From: Candidatus Methylomirabilis oxygeniifera
GTDB taxonomy: Bacteria > Methylomirabilota > Methylomirabilia > Methylomirabilales > Methylomirabilaceae
Reading direction: 5' to 3'
NCBI GenBank assembly: GCA_000091165.1
Contig: FP565575.1
Location: forward strand, 1,290,001 to 1,322,000
DNA length: 32,000 nucleotides
Made by a program: the position numbers and the translations under genes
Notes under the pieces: generated by a model
Database searches by the model: none
Told to the model about the DNA's origin: nothing
What the model saw: only the letters and a program-made list of their open reading frames with translations
Shown: positions 16,584 to 25,354 of the stretch, in pieces
How positions within the stretch are numbered: the first letter of the stretch is position 1
Layout: each line of letters begins with the position of its first letter

Positions 16584-17876
16584 TCACCATGCCACTGCGA
16601 CCCTGATATCACGAACATTGATGCCGGTTGAGCCTGTCACAATTGCATCTCCGAGCCGCTCGAAGAATCCATTGGAGTCGGATGCGTCGCGGGCCTTCGA
16701 TACGTTCAGTCCGGCTGCCAGGGACCTGCTGAGTGTCGTGCCGTCTGCGAACGCCCCTGCCGCAGTCGAGTTTCCGTCGATCCCATCAGTCCCTGCGCTG
16801 AGCACGGCTATCCGTTTGCCTGCAATGATCTCTACACATTCTAAGGCGAATGCCTGATTTCGACCACCTCGTCCACGACCCAGTACCGGAGAGACCAGTT
16901 CGCCGCCGGATATGACCGCAACAGGTTTTCCAGTAAGACCATTGACTTCATCCTCAGCTCGCTGAGTCAGCGTCCTGGCGGCATCACGCGCAGTGGTATC
17001 GTCCGACATCTCGACTACGACAGGCTTCCAATCAGACTGTTCAGCGAACCTTACTGCCGCCGTGACGGCATCATCGTTGTCCAGAAGCTTGTGCCAACGT
17101 GCCGGCCGAAAGGCCGGATGGTCGGATTTCGGTGTTTCCGGTACGACGCCACCCCGGATGAGTGCCTTGATGGAGTCCGGGAGTACCGATATCAACTTAT
17201 GTCTTCGGATGAGCATCTCCATATCCTGAATGGTGGAATCATCCGGCATCGACGGCCCCGACGCTACGGAGGAAGGATAACCGCGGGGCACATCGGAGAT
17301 GTACAGCGTCAGTTGCTGCGCCGGCGCAGCAGCGACAGCGAGCTTTCCGCCCTTCACTTTGGAAAGGTGCTTCCTGATCGTGTTGGTCTCGAGGATGGTC
17401 AACTCCCCTGAAATCAGGGTCCGGTTCATCTCCACCAGGTCAACGAGAGTAATAGTATCGCAGATCGGCAGCTCGAAGCAGGCCGACCCACCGCCGGAAA
17501 CCAGGAAGATCACCGAATCATTACCGGTCATTCCATTCATCATGGTTAAGGCAGTCCTGGCGGCAGCCATGCTCTCGGTATTCGGCATCGGGTGCCCGCC
17601 TTCGAAGGTCTGAAATCGAGGATGACTCCAGCCGTTGAGCACAGGACCGGCCAATACACCGGCAAATGGGGTAATGTCGGATCGCCTGATAAGTTCCTCC
17701 GCCATATCGGGTGCGCTCTTCCCGATCGCAACGACATAAATCCTGCCTCGGGTATGACGTACAAGACCGACCATATCCTCCAACGGACAACGATCGAATG
17801 CGCGACCGATATCGCAGCAATCCAGAACAGATCCGAACAGATCAAGAAGTGTGGACTCAGCCGTTGCACAATCCAT
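16584..17876 (-). CDS. Glycerate 2-kinase (type-2 / MOFRL family glycerate kinase)
   Basis: 430 aa; RIYVVAIGKSAPDMAEEL, GHPMPNTESMAAARTAL, VIFLVSGGGSACFELP, ETNTIRKHLSKVKGGKLA, GELVSPVLGRGRGGRNQAFALECV, VLSAGTDGIDGNSTAAGAFAD. Confidence 0.93.
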   Translation of the reverse strand: MDCATAESTLLDLFGSVLDCCDIGRAFDRCPLEDMVGLVRHTRGRIYVVAIGKSAPDMAEELIRRSDITPFAGVLAGPVLNGWSHPRFQTFEGGHPMPNTESMAAARTALTMMNGMTGNDSVIFLVSGGGSACFELPICDTITLVDLVEMNRTLISGELTILETNTIRKHLSKVKGGKLAVAAAPAQQLTLYISDVPRGYPSSVASGPSMPDDSTIQDMEMLIRRHKLISVLPDSIKALIRGGVVPETPKSDHPAFRPARWHKLLDNDDAVTAAVRFAEQSDWKPVVVEMSDDTTARDAARTLTQRAEDEVNGLTGKPVAVISGGELVSPVLGRGRGGRNQAFALECVEIIAGKRIAVLSAGTDGIDGNSTAAGAFADGTTLSRSLAAGLNVSKARDASDSNGFFERLGDAIVTGSTGINVRDIRVAVAW

Positions 17877-17955
17877 CGCGGTACCTCGCCTTCTCTCCTA
17901 TGCGGCATCAGTGCGCCGCGTAAGATCCCCGGCCGTGGGAACCCGCAGGCATCAG

Positions 17956-19413
17956 CTACGGGCCGTATACCGGAAAGATGATCAGGAAGGTCGTCCCAAC
18001 ACCCGGCTCGCTCTTCACCTCGATGGTTCCCCCGTGATCCTTCACGATCCCGTAGACCACTGAGAGCCCCAGGCCGGTCCCCTTCCCGACTTTCTTGGTC
18101 GTAAAGAATGGGTCGAAGACTCGGGGGAGGCTTTCAGGAGGGATGCCGCATCCGGTATCTTCTACACGCACCTCAATCAGGGCCTCATGGGCCTCAGCAG
18201 CTACCCGTACATCCCCGCCGTCGGGCATGGCGTCAAGGGCATTGAGCAGGAGATTGACGAAGACCTGCTGAAGTAAGTCGGGATCGGCAGCAACACTGGG
18301 AAGGTCTGCGGAAAGCTTCAGTTCAACACGGATCCCTCCCATGGTCAGTTCGTGGTCCAGCAATGCCACGACATTCGAAAGGATGTTCGGCAGTGACGTG
18401 GGGGCGATGTGGGGTGGGTGGACTCTGGCGTACCCGAGGAGCTGCTCGACGGTTCGCCTGATCCGCCCGATCTGCCCAACAATGATCTGCAGGCTCTTTG
18501 ATCTGCGATCACCCCCCGAAAGCTCCGGGAGCAGATACTCCGCCCTTCCGGAGATGATATTCAGAGGCGTCCCGATCTCGTGAGCCAAACCGGCGGCAAG
18601 CCGTCCCACCGCCGCCAGCTTTTCGGAATGCTGGAGTTGCCGTTCCAGATCAAGCTTCTTGACTGTCTCCTCCAGGATCTGGCCCCTGGCCCGTTCCAGG
18701 TTTTCCGTCATCCGATTGAACTCCGCCGCCAATCGGCCCAATTCATCCCTCCGCGTAATCGGGATCCGCCGATCCAACTCCCCAGCTCCAATGGCGGCGG
18801 CTCCCTCAATCAGTGTTTGAATAGGCTTGGAGATATTTCGCTTCGTGAGGTACCAGAACGCCGTGGCGATCGCCACCATGATGGCAATTCCGGCTAAGAT
18901 GATCTCGTCCCGGCGGCGTCGATACGCTCCCTCGATCTGCGAGGTCAGGTACACGATCTCGATGACGGCAGGACCTCTGTTGATCAGTCGGATCGGGCGC
19001 AGGTAGTGGAGGGTCTGCTCCCCTTTCAACGTATCAAAGAAGCTCTTCGGCTTTTTCTGCCGGATAGCCTCTTGGAACTCCATCCTGGTCGGCGTCATCT
19101 CGATTCCTTCCTGATCTCCTCCAACAAGAGAAGTACCGTCGGCCTGAAAGAGTGTCACGCGAGCGACTCCGGCGTATCCCTTCGCCTCCTCGAAAAGCTC
19201 TTGAACGTCCTCCCACTGGTCGCGCCGGACGGCGTTCCGGACGGCCACCTCCAATGTCCTCGCCATCACCCGAATCTCCCGCTCGCGCTGCTCGATCAGC
19301 GCGCTCCGCTCCGCACTCAACTGCCGATACAGATACAGACTCGTCACGATCGCCACTGCAATCGTCAGGGAGGCAACAAGCTTTGTCCCGATTTTCATGG
19401 AAAACCGCTTCAC
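17956..19413 (-). CDS. HAMP-domain sensor histidine kinase (NtrB/ZraS-like catalytic core)
   Basis: 485 aa; TM - extracytoplasmic sensor - TM - HAMP; H-box GRLAAGLAHEIGTPLNIISGRAEYLL; N-box LLQQVFVNLLLNALDAMPDGGD; G-boxes VEDTGCGIPPESLPRVFDPFFTTKKVGKGTGLGLSVVYGIVKDHGG. Confidence 0.95.
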   Translation of the reverse strand: MKRFSMKIGTKLVASLTIAVAIVTSLYLYRQLSAERSALIEQREREIRVMARTLEVAVRNAVRRDQWEDVQELFEEAKGYAGVARVTLFQADGTSLVGGDQEGIEMTPTRMEFQEAIRQKKPKSFFDTLKGEQTLHYLRPIRLINRGPAVIEIVYLTSQIEGAYRRRRDEIILAGIAIMVAIATAFWYLTKRNISKPIQTLIEGAAAIGAGELDRRIPITRRDELGRLAAEFNRMTENLERARGQILEETVKKLDLERQLQHSEKLAAVGRLAAGLAHEIGTPLNIISGRAEYLLPELSGGDRRSKSLQIIVGQIGRIRRTVEQLLGYARVHPPHIAPTSLPNILSNVVALLDHELTMGGIRVELKLSADLPSVAADPDLLQQVFVNLLLNALDAMPDGGDVRVAAEAHEALIEVRVEDTGCGIPPESLPRVFDPFFTTKKVGKGTGLGLSVVYGIVKDHGGTIEVKSEPGVGTTFLIIFPVYGP

Positions 19414-19569
19414 ACTTCGAGGGCTGCCGCCATCTATTGTTTGTCCGACTGAAATAGTGTTTCGATCATTCGTTCACCTTCACTCTTCTCGAACCGCTCA
19501 GTGGCTTTTTCGCTGAACCTGTATAAGTAAATGCTTTTCAGCTTGGCATCTGAAACCCGAGCACGCTTG

Positions 19570-20136
19570 TTAATGCCTATGCTCTCCAGCGGTCAGACTC
19601 TTCATGTAAGCCACCAGATCGATGAGCTGCTGGACCGTCATGGAGTCGTTGTAGCTTGGCATCTTTGATGTGCCATCAGCGCCGAGATACTCTTCTCGTT
19701 CAGTCTTGTGGTGCTTGATCCGCCAGGCTGCGGAGGCATTCGGGTCGATCATCGTCTCGGCGAAATACTCCGCGGAGTGCATCGCCCCCATCCCCGAGAG
19801 GGCAGGCCCCACATCCCCCTGTTCGGCTTCGGCTGCGGGAAAGTCCTCACCAACAACCTCATGGCACTTGAAGCATTCAAGGTCGACGAAGACTTGCCGT
19901 CCCGCGTGATGATCTCCATCCGGGATGGTAAATCGCCACCGCGGAGGGATGGCCAGGCGGGGCTGCGGCTTGACCAGGCGTTCCTGTGGCATGAACTCAG
20001 GCGGAGGTCCCACCAGTCGATGACGGTGATGTCCCCCCTCCCTAGGAGGTACATCACTCCACCCATTTAGGACCGAGACAAGCAGAAGACTACACGTCAG
20101 AACAGCTCCCCTGACCACGCTCCCAATTATCCTCAA
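19570..20136 (-). CDS. Membrane-anchored or exported c-type cytochrome
   Basis: TTG start at 20136 with upstream AAAGGAG; LRIIGSVVRGAVLTCSLLLVSVL signal/anchor, ...HHAGRQVFVDLECFKCHEVVGEDFP...GDVGPALSGMGAMHSAEYFAETMIDPNASAAW...GTSKMPSYNDSMTVQQLIDLVAYMKSL. The track ORF to 20274 reads into the leader RNA element. Confidence 0.85.
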   Translation of the reverse strand: MRIIGSVVRGAVLTCSLLLVSVLNGWSDVPPREGGHHRHRLVGPPPEFMPQERLVKPQPRLAIPPRWRFTIPDGDHHAGRQVFVDLECFKCHEVVGEDFPAAEAEQGDVGPALSGMGAMHSAEYFAETMIDPNASAAWRIKHHKTEREEYLGADGTSKMPSYNDSMTVQQLIDLVAYMKSLTAGEHRH

Positions 20137-20210
20137 CGTTTCGCTCCTTTCGGCTCTCGACAATATCTCCTTGTTTTCAGTCTCCGTACGAACGCATGTG
20201 TAAGGAAATA

Positions 20211-20244
20211 AAAAAGCCGCCATCCGCTTGTCGCGGATGGCGGC
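20211..20244 (-). terminator. Intrinsic terminator forming the 3' part of the leader RNA element (copy 2)
   Basis: RNA-sense GCCGCCATCCGC-GACAA-GCGGATGGCGGC-TTTTTT, a perfect 12-bp stem plus U-tract. Confidence 0.88.
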
Positions 20245-20290
20245 CCGACCACCCTCTCTCCTCCGGAAACGCATGATTGCCGTCTCCGGA
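20211..20290 (-). promoter_or_regulatory. Candidate structured leader RNA/riboswitch, copy 2
   Basis: RNA-sense TCCGGAGACGGCAATCATGCGTTTCCGGAGGAGAGAGGGTGGTCGGGCCGCCATCCGCGACAAGCGGATGGCGGCTTTTTT; matches copy 1 at 4524-4602. Confidence 0.72.
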
Positions 20291-20532
20291 CCCTGGGAAG
20301 AGTTCTGCTACATTGTTGCGTTATCGGTTTCGCGTCAACATAACGCGATCCATCGAGCAATTCTCATATTGATTTTTAGCCACAACTCCTCGGAAGTCAA
20401 CGCAAAAGTTAGGAATCGAACCGCTACGCCGACGTGATGGCCCATACGGGGAGCGCCTTGCAGGCGACGGTGTAGAGGGGGATCCTCACAATCACGGCGT
20501 ACTCTCGTGTGCTGCACACTCGCCCATCAGTC

Positions 20533-22692
20533 CTACCGATCCACCGGAAAGAGCGCTCGAAGGACCCCACCGTACCGATCCAGGCCAAGGAGACCCGATT
20601 CGAGGCAGACGCAAATACCCGGCGCCACCAGAAAACGGCTGTCCTTGCCGTACGCGGCCAGACGCGTATCGATCCAGCGGTCGAGCGCCGACGCGGTGAT
20701 CCCGTCATCGAGTCTCGCCCGCAGCTCTCCGAGGAAGCGTGTCGCAAAGTCGATCCGATTCTCCACGGAGACGAGCTGCGACAGGGCCAGCGCCTGCCCG
20801 GGTAGCCGCACACCGATAGTGTCAAGCAGGTAGTCCACCATCTGTCGCGTCGCGTCCGCCGCCCTCCGATTTATCTCCGGACGGCCCTCAGCTCCAACTG
20901 TACCGCCGGCCTCAACGTAGATCTTTAACTTGGGCTCGGTGCCGGATGGCCGTACCGTCACCTTCAGCCCATGTTCGAAATAGAACGTCATGACGTTACG
21001 GGAGGCGCGATCGGTGCCGGATTTGATCGGGCCATAGACGCATTCATCCCAGTAGTCGACTGCGCGCTCGAGGCCGCAGCCAGCGATGGCGGACGGCTGT
21101 TTCTGTCGTAGGGCCGCCATCATCGCGTCGATACGCTGCAGGCCTGTCACACCCTCCATGATCAGCGAGTAGACCCCCTGCGTCACGTAGCCGTAGCGGT
21201 CGTAGAGGCGATCGAGCTCATCCTGAAGTGTCTTGCCCTCGCGTTTAAGCCTCGCGATGTACTCGGCGAGCAACAGGGCCCCGCCGGCCGCATCCTTGTC
21301 GCGAAGCTCCGGCGTCACGAGCACCCCATGGCTCTCCTCGGCGGCACACAGAAAGTCGTCACACGTAGCCGTTACGTCGCCATAGCGTCCAGTGCGGTCC
21401 ACCGCCTCAAGGACCTCGGCGATGTATTTGAAGCCGACCGATAGTTCGCCGATCATCGCGACCCCATGCGCCCGCGCGATAGCCGTCATCAGCTCGGTGG
21501 TCACGCAGGTCTTCACCACAAAGGGGTGAGCGGGCATCTCGTTTCGCAATACGCGGCCTTCGATGATCGACGCGGTCAGGAGCGCCGCGATCTCGTTGCC
21601 GGTCAGAAACCTGTCGCCCTGCGCTGAGGAGACCACGACGCCGAGTCGATCGGCGTCCGGATCGGTGGCGAACGCCGCATCCGCACCCAGGCGGCGCGCC
21701 TCGGCTGCGGCCATTTCCAGCGCCTCCGGAAGCTCGGGATTCGGAATGCGGTATTTGACGTCGGGAAACTCACCGTCGTAGTCGGCCTGGCTCGGCACCA
21801 GCGCCACGCGAAAGCCGGCCTTGACCAGCACGTCGTAGACGGTTCGTCGTCCTGTGCCGTTGAGCGGGCTGTAGACGATAAAGGCGTCGCGGGCGTCGCG
21901 CACGATCGATCGCGCCAGGCTCGCATCGAGGTAGGCCTCGTGCTCGGAAGGCCCCCACCATCTGACCAGATTCTGCTGCACGGCCCGCTCAAACGGCATC
22001 TCCCGCACCTGCTGTACGGCCTGGACGGCCTCGGCCATCTCTTCATCGTGCGGCGCGATCGGTTGCCCCCCATACTCGGTATAAAACTTCGTGCCGTTAT
22101 CGTCGGGATGATTGTGGGAGGCAGAGATATTCAGACCGCCGGAGGCGCCGAGATGACGGATGGCAAACGACAGCTCCGGCGTCGAGAGCAGCAGATCGTC
22201 ACCGGGAACCGTCCAGACGATGATCCCATTACCGGCATAGACCTCCGCGGCGAGTCGCGCAAAATCGCGCGAGCGCATCCCGATCAGCGGATTGGGCAGC
22301 GACGGATCGTAGCACCCGCGAAGATCCTTGAAGATTCGACAGTCAAAGGCCACGACGACCGAGAGCGGCTCGCCGCCTTGGCGCTTACGCAGGTAATCGA
22401 CGTGGCCCTGCACCGCTGTGGCCACCGTATACGGGTTGATGCGGTTGATGCCGATGCCGACCGGACCGCGCCGTCCGCCGGTACCAAAGGGGATCACCCG
22501 GTAGAACGAGTCGAGCAGAACGTTCCACTGCCTGCGCTCGATCAGGCCCGCAAGCTGCGACCGGTATGGCGCAAACGCTGCCCCCTCTAACCATATCCGA
22601 AGATGCTCGATCGCCCCGGCGCGAAGCTGCGCCGGCACATCCAGATCGGCAAATCCCGCCTCTATCTCCTTCTCCCACTGCGATTTCATCAC
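20533..22692 (-). CDS. Phospho-sugar mutase (phosphoglucomutase/phosphomannomutase family)
   Basis: 719 aa; FGTGGRRGPVGIGINRINPYTVATA, LNISASHNHPDDNGTKFY (catalytic Ser loop), ATDPDADRLGVVV (metal loop), CDDFLCAAEESHGVLV (sugar loop region), VRPSGTEPKLKIY (phosphate loop). Confidence 0.92.
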   Translation of the reverse strand: MMKSQWEKEIEAGFADLDVPAQLRAGAIEHLRIWLEGAAFAPYRSQLAGLIERRQWNVLLDSFYRVIPFGTGGRRGPVGIGINRINPYTVATAVQGHVDYLRKRQGGEPLSVVVAFDCRIFKDLRGCYDPSLPNPLIGMRSRDFARLAAEVYAGNGIIVWTVPGDDLLLSTPELSFAIRHLGASGGLNISASHNHPDDNGTKFYTEYGGQPIAPHDEEMAEAVQAVQQVREMPFERAVQQNLVRWWGPSEHEAYLDASLARSIVRDARDAFIVYSPLNGTGRRTVYDVLVKAGFRVALVPSQADYDGEFPDVKYRIPNPELPEALEMAAAEARRLGADAAFATDPDADRLGVVVSSAQGDRFLTGNEIAALLTASIIEGRVLRNEMPAHPFVVKTCVTTELMTAIARAHGVAMIGELSVGFKYIAEVLEAVDRTGRYGDVTATCDDFLCAAEESHGVLVTPELRDKDAAGGALLLAEYIARLKREGKTLQDELDRLYDRYGYVTQGVYSLIMEGVTGLQRIDAMMAALRQKQPSAIAGCGLERAVDYWDECVYGPIKSGTDRASRNVMTFYFEHGLKVTVRPSGTEPKLKIYVEAGGTVGAEGRPEINRRAADATRQMVDYLLDTIGVRLPGQALALSQLVSVENRIDFATRFLGELRARLDDGITASALDRWIDTRLAAYGKDSRFLVAPGICVCLESGLLGLDRYGGVLRALFPVDR

Positions 22693-22807
22693 TCAAACCC
22701 CTCCTCGACGCGCCTCAAACAGATCGAATACAGGCGGAATAGCTCGAACGTGGATGGTTGAGAACGACGGTGATCCGGAAAGCTCGTATAGTCAAGCAGC
22801 GAGTGAA

Positions 22808-22881
22808 TGGCTGGGGGGCAAGGATTCGAACCTCGATAAGCAGATCCAGAGTCTGCCGTCCTACCATTGGACGACCCCCCA
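22808..22881 (-). tRNA. tRNA-Gln (anticodon CTG), CCA encoded
   Basis: RC: TGGGGGGTCGTCCAATGGTAGGACGGCAGACTCTGGATCTGCTTATCGAGGTTCGAATCCTTGCCCCCCAGCCA; 7-bp acceptor stem, anticodon loop CTCTGGA, T-loop GGTTCGAATCC. Confidence 0.96.
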
Positions 22882-22883
22882 CC

Positions 22884-22919
22884 AAAAATGAACGTCCAAA
22901 GGGAGAGGGCCTTTGGACG
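22884..22919 (-). terminator. Intrinsic terminator-like hairpin downstream of greA
   Basis: RNA-sense CGTCCAAAGG-CCCTCTC-CCTTTGGACG followed by TTCATTTTT; 10-bp stem. Confidence 0.75.
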
Positions 22920-22949
22920 GTCAGAATATGATGGAACAGCCGGGAAAAG

Positions 22950-23450
22950 TCAAGGTGAAAAAGAGGGAGCGTTGCCCTGTAAGTTCTCATGCAACGTCTG
23001 AAGCTTCATCATTTCGAAGGCCTTGGTCCCACCCGGCGTATTCATCACGACTCGATCGCCGGCCTGCTTGCCGATGAGGCTCCGCCCGATCGGGGAGGCC
23101 ACCGAAATCCAGCCACGGGCGCTGTCCATCAGCTCGGGAAAGACCAGGGTGTAGACGGTTTCCTCGCCGCTGTCCTCGTCTATGAGATGGACGGTGCTGC
23201 CCAGGGCAACGCGGTCCTTTGGGATCTGTCTCAGATCGATCTTGCTGATCTCCGCAATCCGTTGTTGCAGAAAGGCCATCCGAGCCTTGACAAAGCCCTG
23301 CCGGTCTTTGATGGTTTCGTACTCGCCGTTTTCTCGCAGATCACCTAACTCCCTGGCAGCCTGGATCTTCTTTGGGAGATCCTGCCTGAACTCTCGATCG
23401 AGTTTGTTGAACTCTTGCCGAAGGTCATCAAGCAATGCCTCAATCTTCAT
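22950..23450 (-). CDS. greA: Transcription elongation factor GreA/GreB family
   Basis: From ATG at 23450: MKIEALLDDLRQEF...AARELGDLRENGEYETIKDRQGFVKARMAFLQQRIAEIS...ISVASPIGRSLIGKQAGDRVVMNTPGG. Confidence 0.93.
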   Translation of the reverse strand: MKIEALLDDLRQEFNKLDREFRQDLPKKIQAARELGDLRENGEYETIKDRQGFVKARMAFLQQRIAEISKIDLRQIPKDRVALGSTVHLIDEDSGEETVYTLVFPELMDSARGWISVASPIGRSLIGKQAGDRVVMNTPGGTKAFEMMKLQTLHENLQGNAPSFSP

Positions 23451-24892
23451 CCTACCTCCTCCAGTGCTTCTTCTACCCGACGATACACCGCCTCCCATCC
23501 CATCAACTCCATAATCGGAAAGATGGGGGGACTGACGGTTTTTCCCGACAGCGCAACCCTGAACGGCTGGGCCAGGTCGACCAGCTTCAGACCAAGGGCC
23601 GCCGCCCTCATTCGGAACAGCGACTCCAGAGTTGCCGCAGTAAGGGTTGGTAAGGCCTCGATCTCCGGTAAGAGCGCGCGGATCCTGGCCTTCGCCTCTC
23701 CCGACAGAATCTTCTGAGCCACAGCCTTATCGCGATCGATCTTGCCGTCGAAGACAAACCTGGACGATGACGCCAGCTCCGTCAGGGTCCTGGCCCGCTC
23801 CTGAAAGAGGCAGGCTACCTGATGCAACCAGGTCTCGTCTCTACCGACCAACTCTTCGTGACTCACGCCGGCCGCCTCCCAGAAAGGTCTGAGCAACGCC
23901 GTCAGCCGGTGTGGATCGGTACGCTTGATGTACTGGCCGTTCAGCCATTCGAGCTTGACCGGATCAAAGATCGCCGGGGTCGTGCCCACCTTCTCGATGC
24001 TGAAGTGTCTGGTCAACTCTTCCTGACTAAAGATCTCCTGGTCGCCATGAGACCAACCCAGTCGCGCCAGGTAGTTCACTACCGCCTCAGGCAGATAGCC
24101 CATCTGTTGATAGGCCAAGACCGACGTCGCGCCATGCCGCTTTGAGAGACGGGAACGATCGGGCCCCAGGATCATCGGGATATGAGCAAAGTGAGCGGTG
24201 GGGAGATCCAGCGCCCGGTAGAGGGCAATCTGACGCGGCGTATTGGAAATGTGGTCGTCACCCCTGATAACGTGCGTAATGCCCATCAGTACGTCATCGA
24301 CAACAACCGCGAAGTTGTACGTCGGCATCCCGTCGGAGCGAAGGAGGATAAAGTCGTCCAGATCGCTATACTCAAAGCGGATAGGGCCGTGAACGAGATC
24401 GGCAATCTCGATGCTCCCCTCCTCCTGGACCAGCAGGCGGACGGCGGCGCCTTTTCCACCCACTCCCGCTAAGTCGTTACCTCGCACACGGCAGCGGCCG
24501 TCGTACTTCGGCGAGGTGCCGGCCGCCAGCGCCGCCTTGCGCCGCGCGTCAAGCTCTTCCGGCGTGCAGGTACAGTAATACGCCTTCCCCTCATCCAGTA
24601 GCCGCTGCGCATAGTCCTGGTACAGCTTCAGGCGTTCGGCCTGTCGGTATGGCCCAGCCGGTCCTCCTACCTCTGGACCCTCGTCCCAGTCCAGCCCCAG
24701 CCAGCGGAGCGCTTCAAGGATTGTCGTCGTCGATTCATCCGTAGACCGTTCGGCGTCGGTATCTTCAATTCGAAGGATGAAGTCTCCGTTCTCATGGCGG
24801 GCGAACAGCCAGTTATAGAGGGCGGTTCTGGCCCCTCCGACGTGCAAATAGCCTGTTGGGCTTGGTGCAAATCTGACCCTGACCCTAGACAC
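23447..24892 (-). CDS. gltX: Glutamyl-tRNA synthetase
   Basis: 481 aa; MSRVRVRFAPSPTGYLHVGGARTALYNWLFARHENGDFILRIEDTD, HIPMILGPDRSRLSKRHGATSV. Confidence 0.97.
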   Translation of the reverse strand: MSRVRVRFAPSPTGYLHVGGARTALYNWLFARHENGDFILRIEDTDAERSTDESTTTILEALRWLGLDWDEGPEVGGPAGPYRQAERLKLYQDYAQRLLDEGKAYYCTCTPEELDARRKAALAAGTSPKYDGRCRVRGNDLAGVGGKGAAVRLLVQEEGSIEIADLVHGPIRFEYSDLDDFILLRSDGMPTYNFAVVVDDVLMGITHVIRGDDHISNTPRQIALYRALDLPTAHFAHIPMILGPDRSRLSKRHGATSVLAYQQMGYLPEAVVNYLARLGWSHGDQEIFSQEELTRHFSIEKVGTTPAIFDPVKLEWLNGQYIKRTDPHRLTALLRPFWEAAGVSHEELVGRDETWLHQVACLFQERARTLTELASSSRFVFDGKIDRDKAVAQKILSGEAKARIRALLPEIEALPTLTAATLESLFRMRAAALGLKLVDLAQPFRVALSGKTVSPPIFPIMELMGWEAVYRRVEEALEEVG

Positions 24893-24903
24893 GACAATCC
24901 GTC

Positions 24904-25083
24904 CTATGGCTTCGACGACGGCCCAGCTTCCGCCTCGTCGATCAGCATAACGGGAATATCGTCCCGGATCGGATACCGCCGCCCGCAGGCGGTACAGACG
25001 ATCCTGACAGCCGGCTCGTCCAGCACCACCTCGGCCTTGCAGGCTGGACAGGCCAGGATTTCCAACAATTCCTTATCAATCAT
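24904..25083 (-). CDS. Trm112 family (zinc-ribbon-like) protein
   Basis: From ATG at 25083: MIDKELLEILACPACKAEVVLDEPAVRIVCTACGRRYPIRDDIPVMLIDEA. Confidence 0.9.
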   Translation of the reverse strand: MIDKELLEILACPACKAEVVLDEPAVRIVCTACGRRYPIRDDIPVMLIDEAEAGPSSKP

Positions 25084-25256
25084 CTGCACTCCTTCTTTAC
25101 TCCCCATGTTAGGCCCTTATTTCCCCTCACTCTCATCGACCAGGCGACACCACTTACCTGCGGCTGATTATACACCAGAACATTGATTGGAACAGTATTC
25201 AGCTCCGGCGCCCAAGAATAAAGTTAGGAATCGTCATTGATCAGAAAATCTCCCGG

Positions 25257-25344
25257 GTCATTGCGAGGGAGCAAAGCGACCGAAGCAATCTCGCAGTGCA
25301 ACTACGATGAGATTGCCACGCTTCCTTCGGTCGCTCGCAATGAC
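25257..25344. repeat. Intergenic palindromic (REP/MITE-like) element
   Basis: Left arm GTCATTGCGAGGGAGCAAAGCGACCGAAGCAATCTC (25257-25292); right arm GAGATTGCCACGCTTCCTTCGGTCGCTCGCAATGAC (25309-25344) is its imperfect reverse complement. Confidence 0.85.
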
Positions 25345-25354
25345 GGATACATAA

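Noticed and set aside
20137-20274. N-terminal extension of the cytochrome ORF (MRFRRREGGRAAIRDKRMAAFLFPYTC...)
   Set aside because: It translates the structured leader and terminator; the TTG at 20136 with AAAGGAG upstream is a better start.
20406-25237. Shared 14-mer AAAGTTAGGAATCG in two intergenic regions (near 20409 and 25220)
   Set aside because: A single 14-nt match in a 32-kb window is compatible with chance; no flanking similarity seen.
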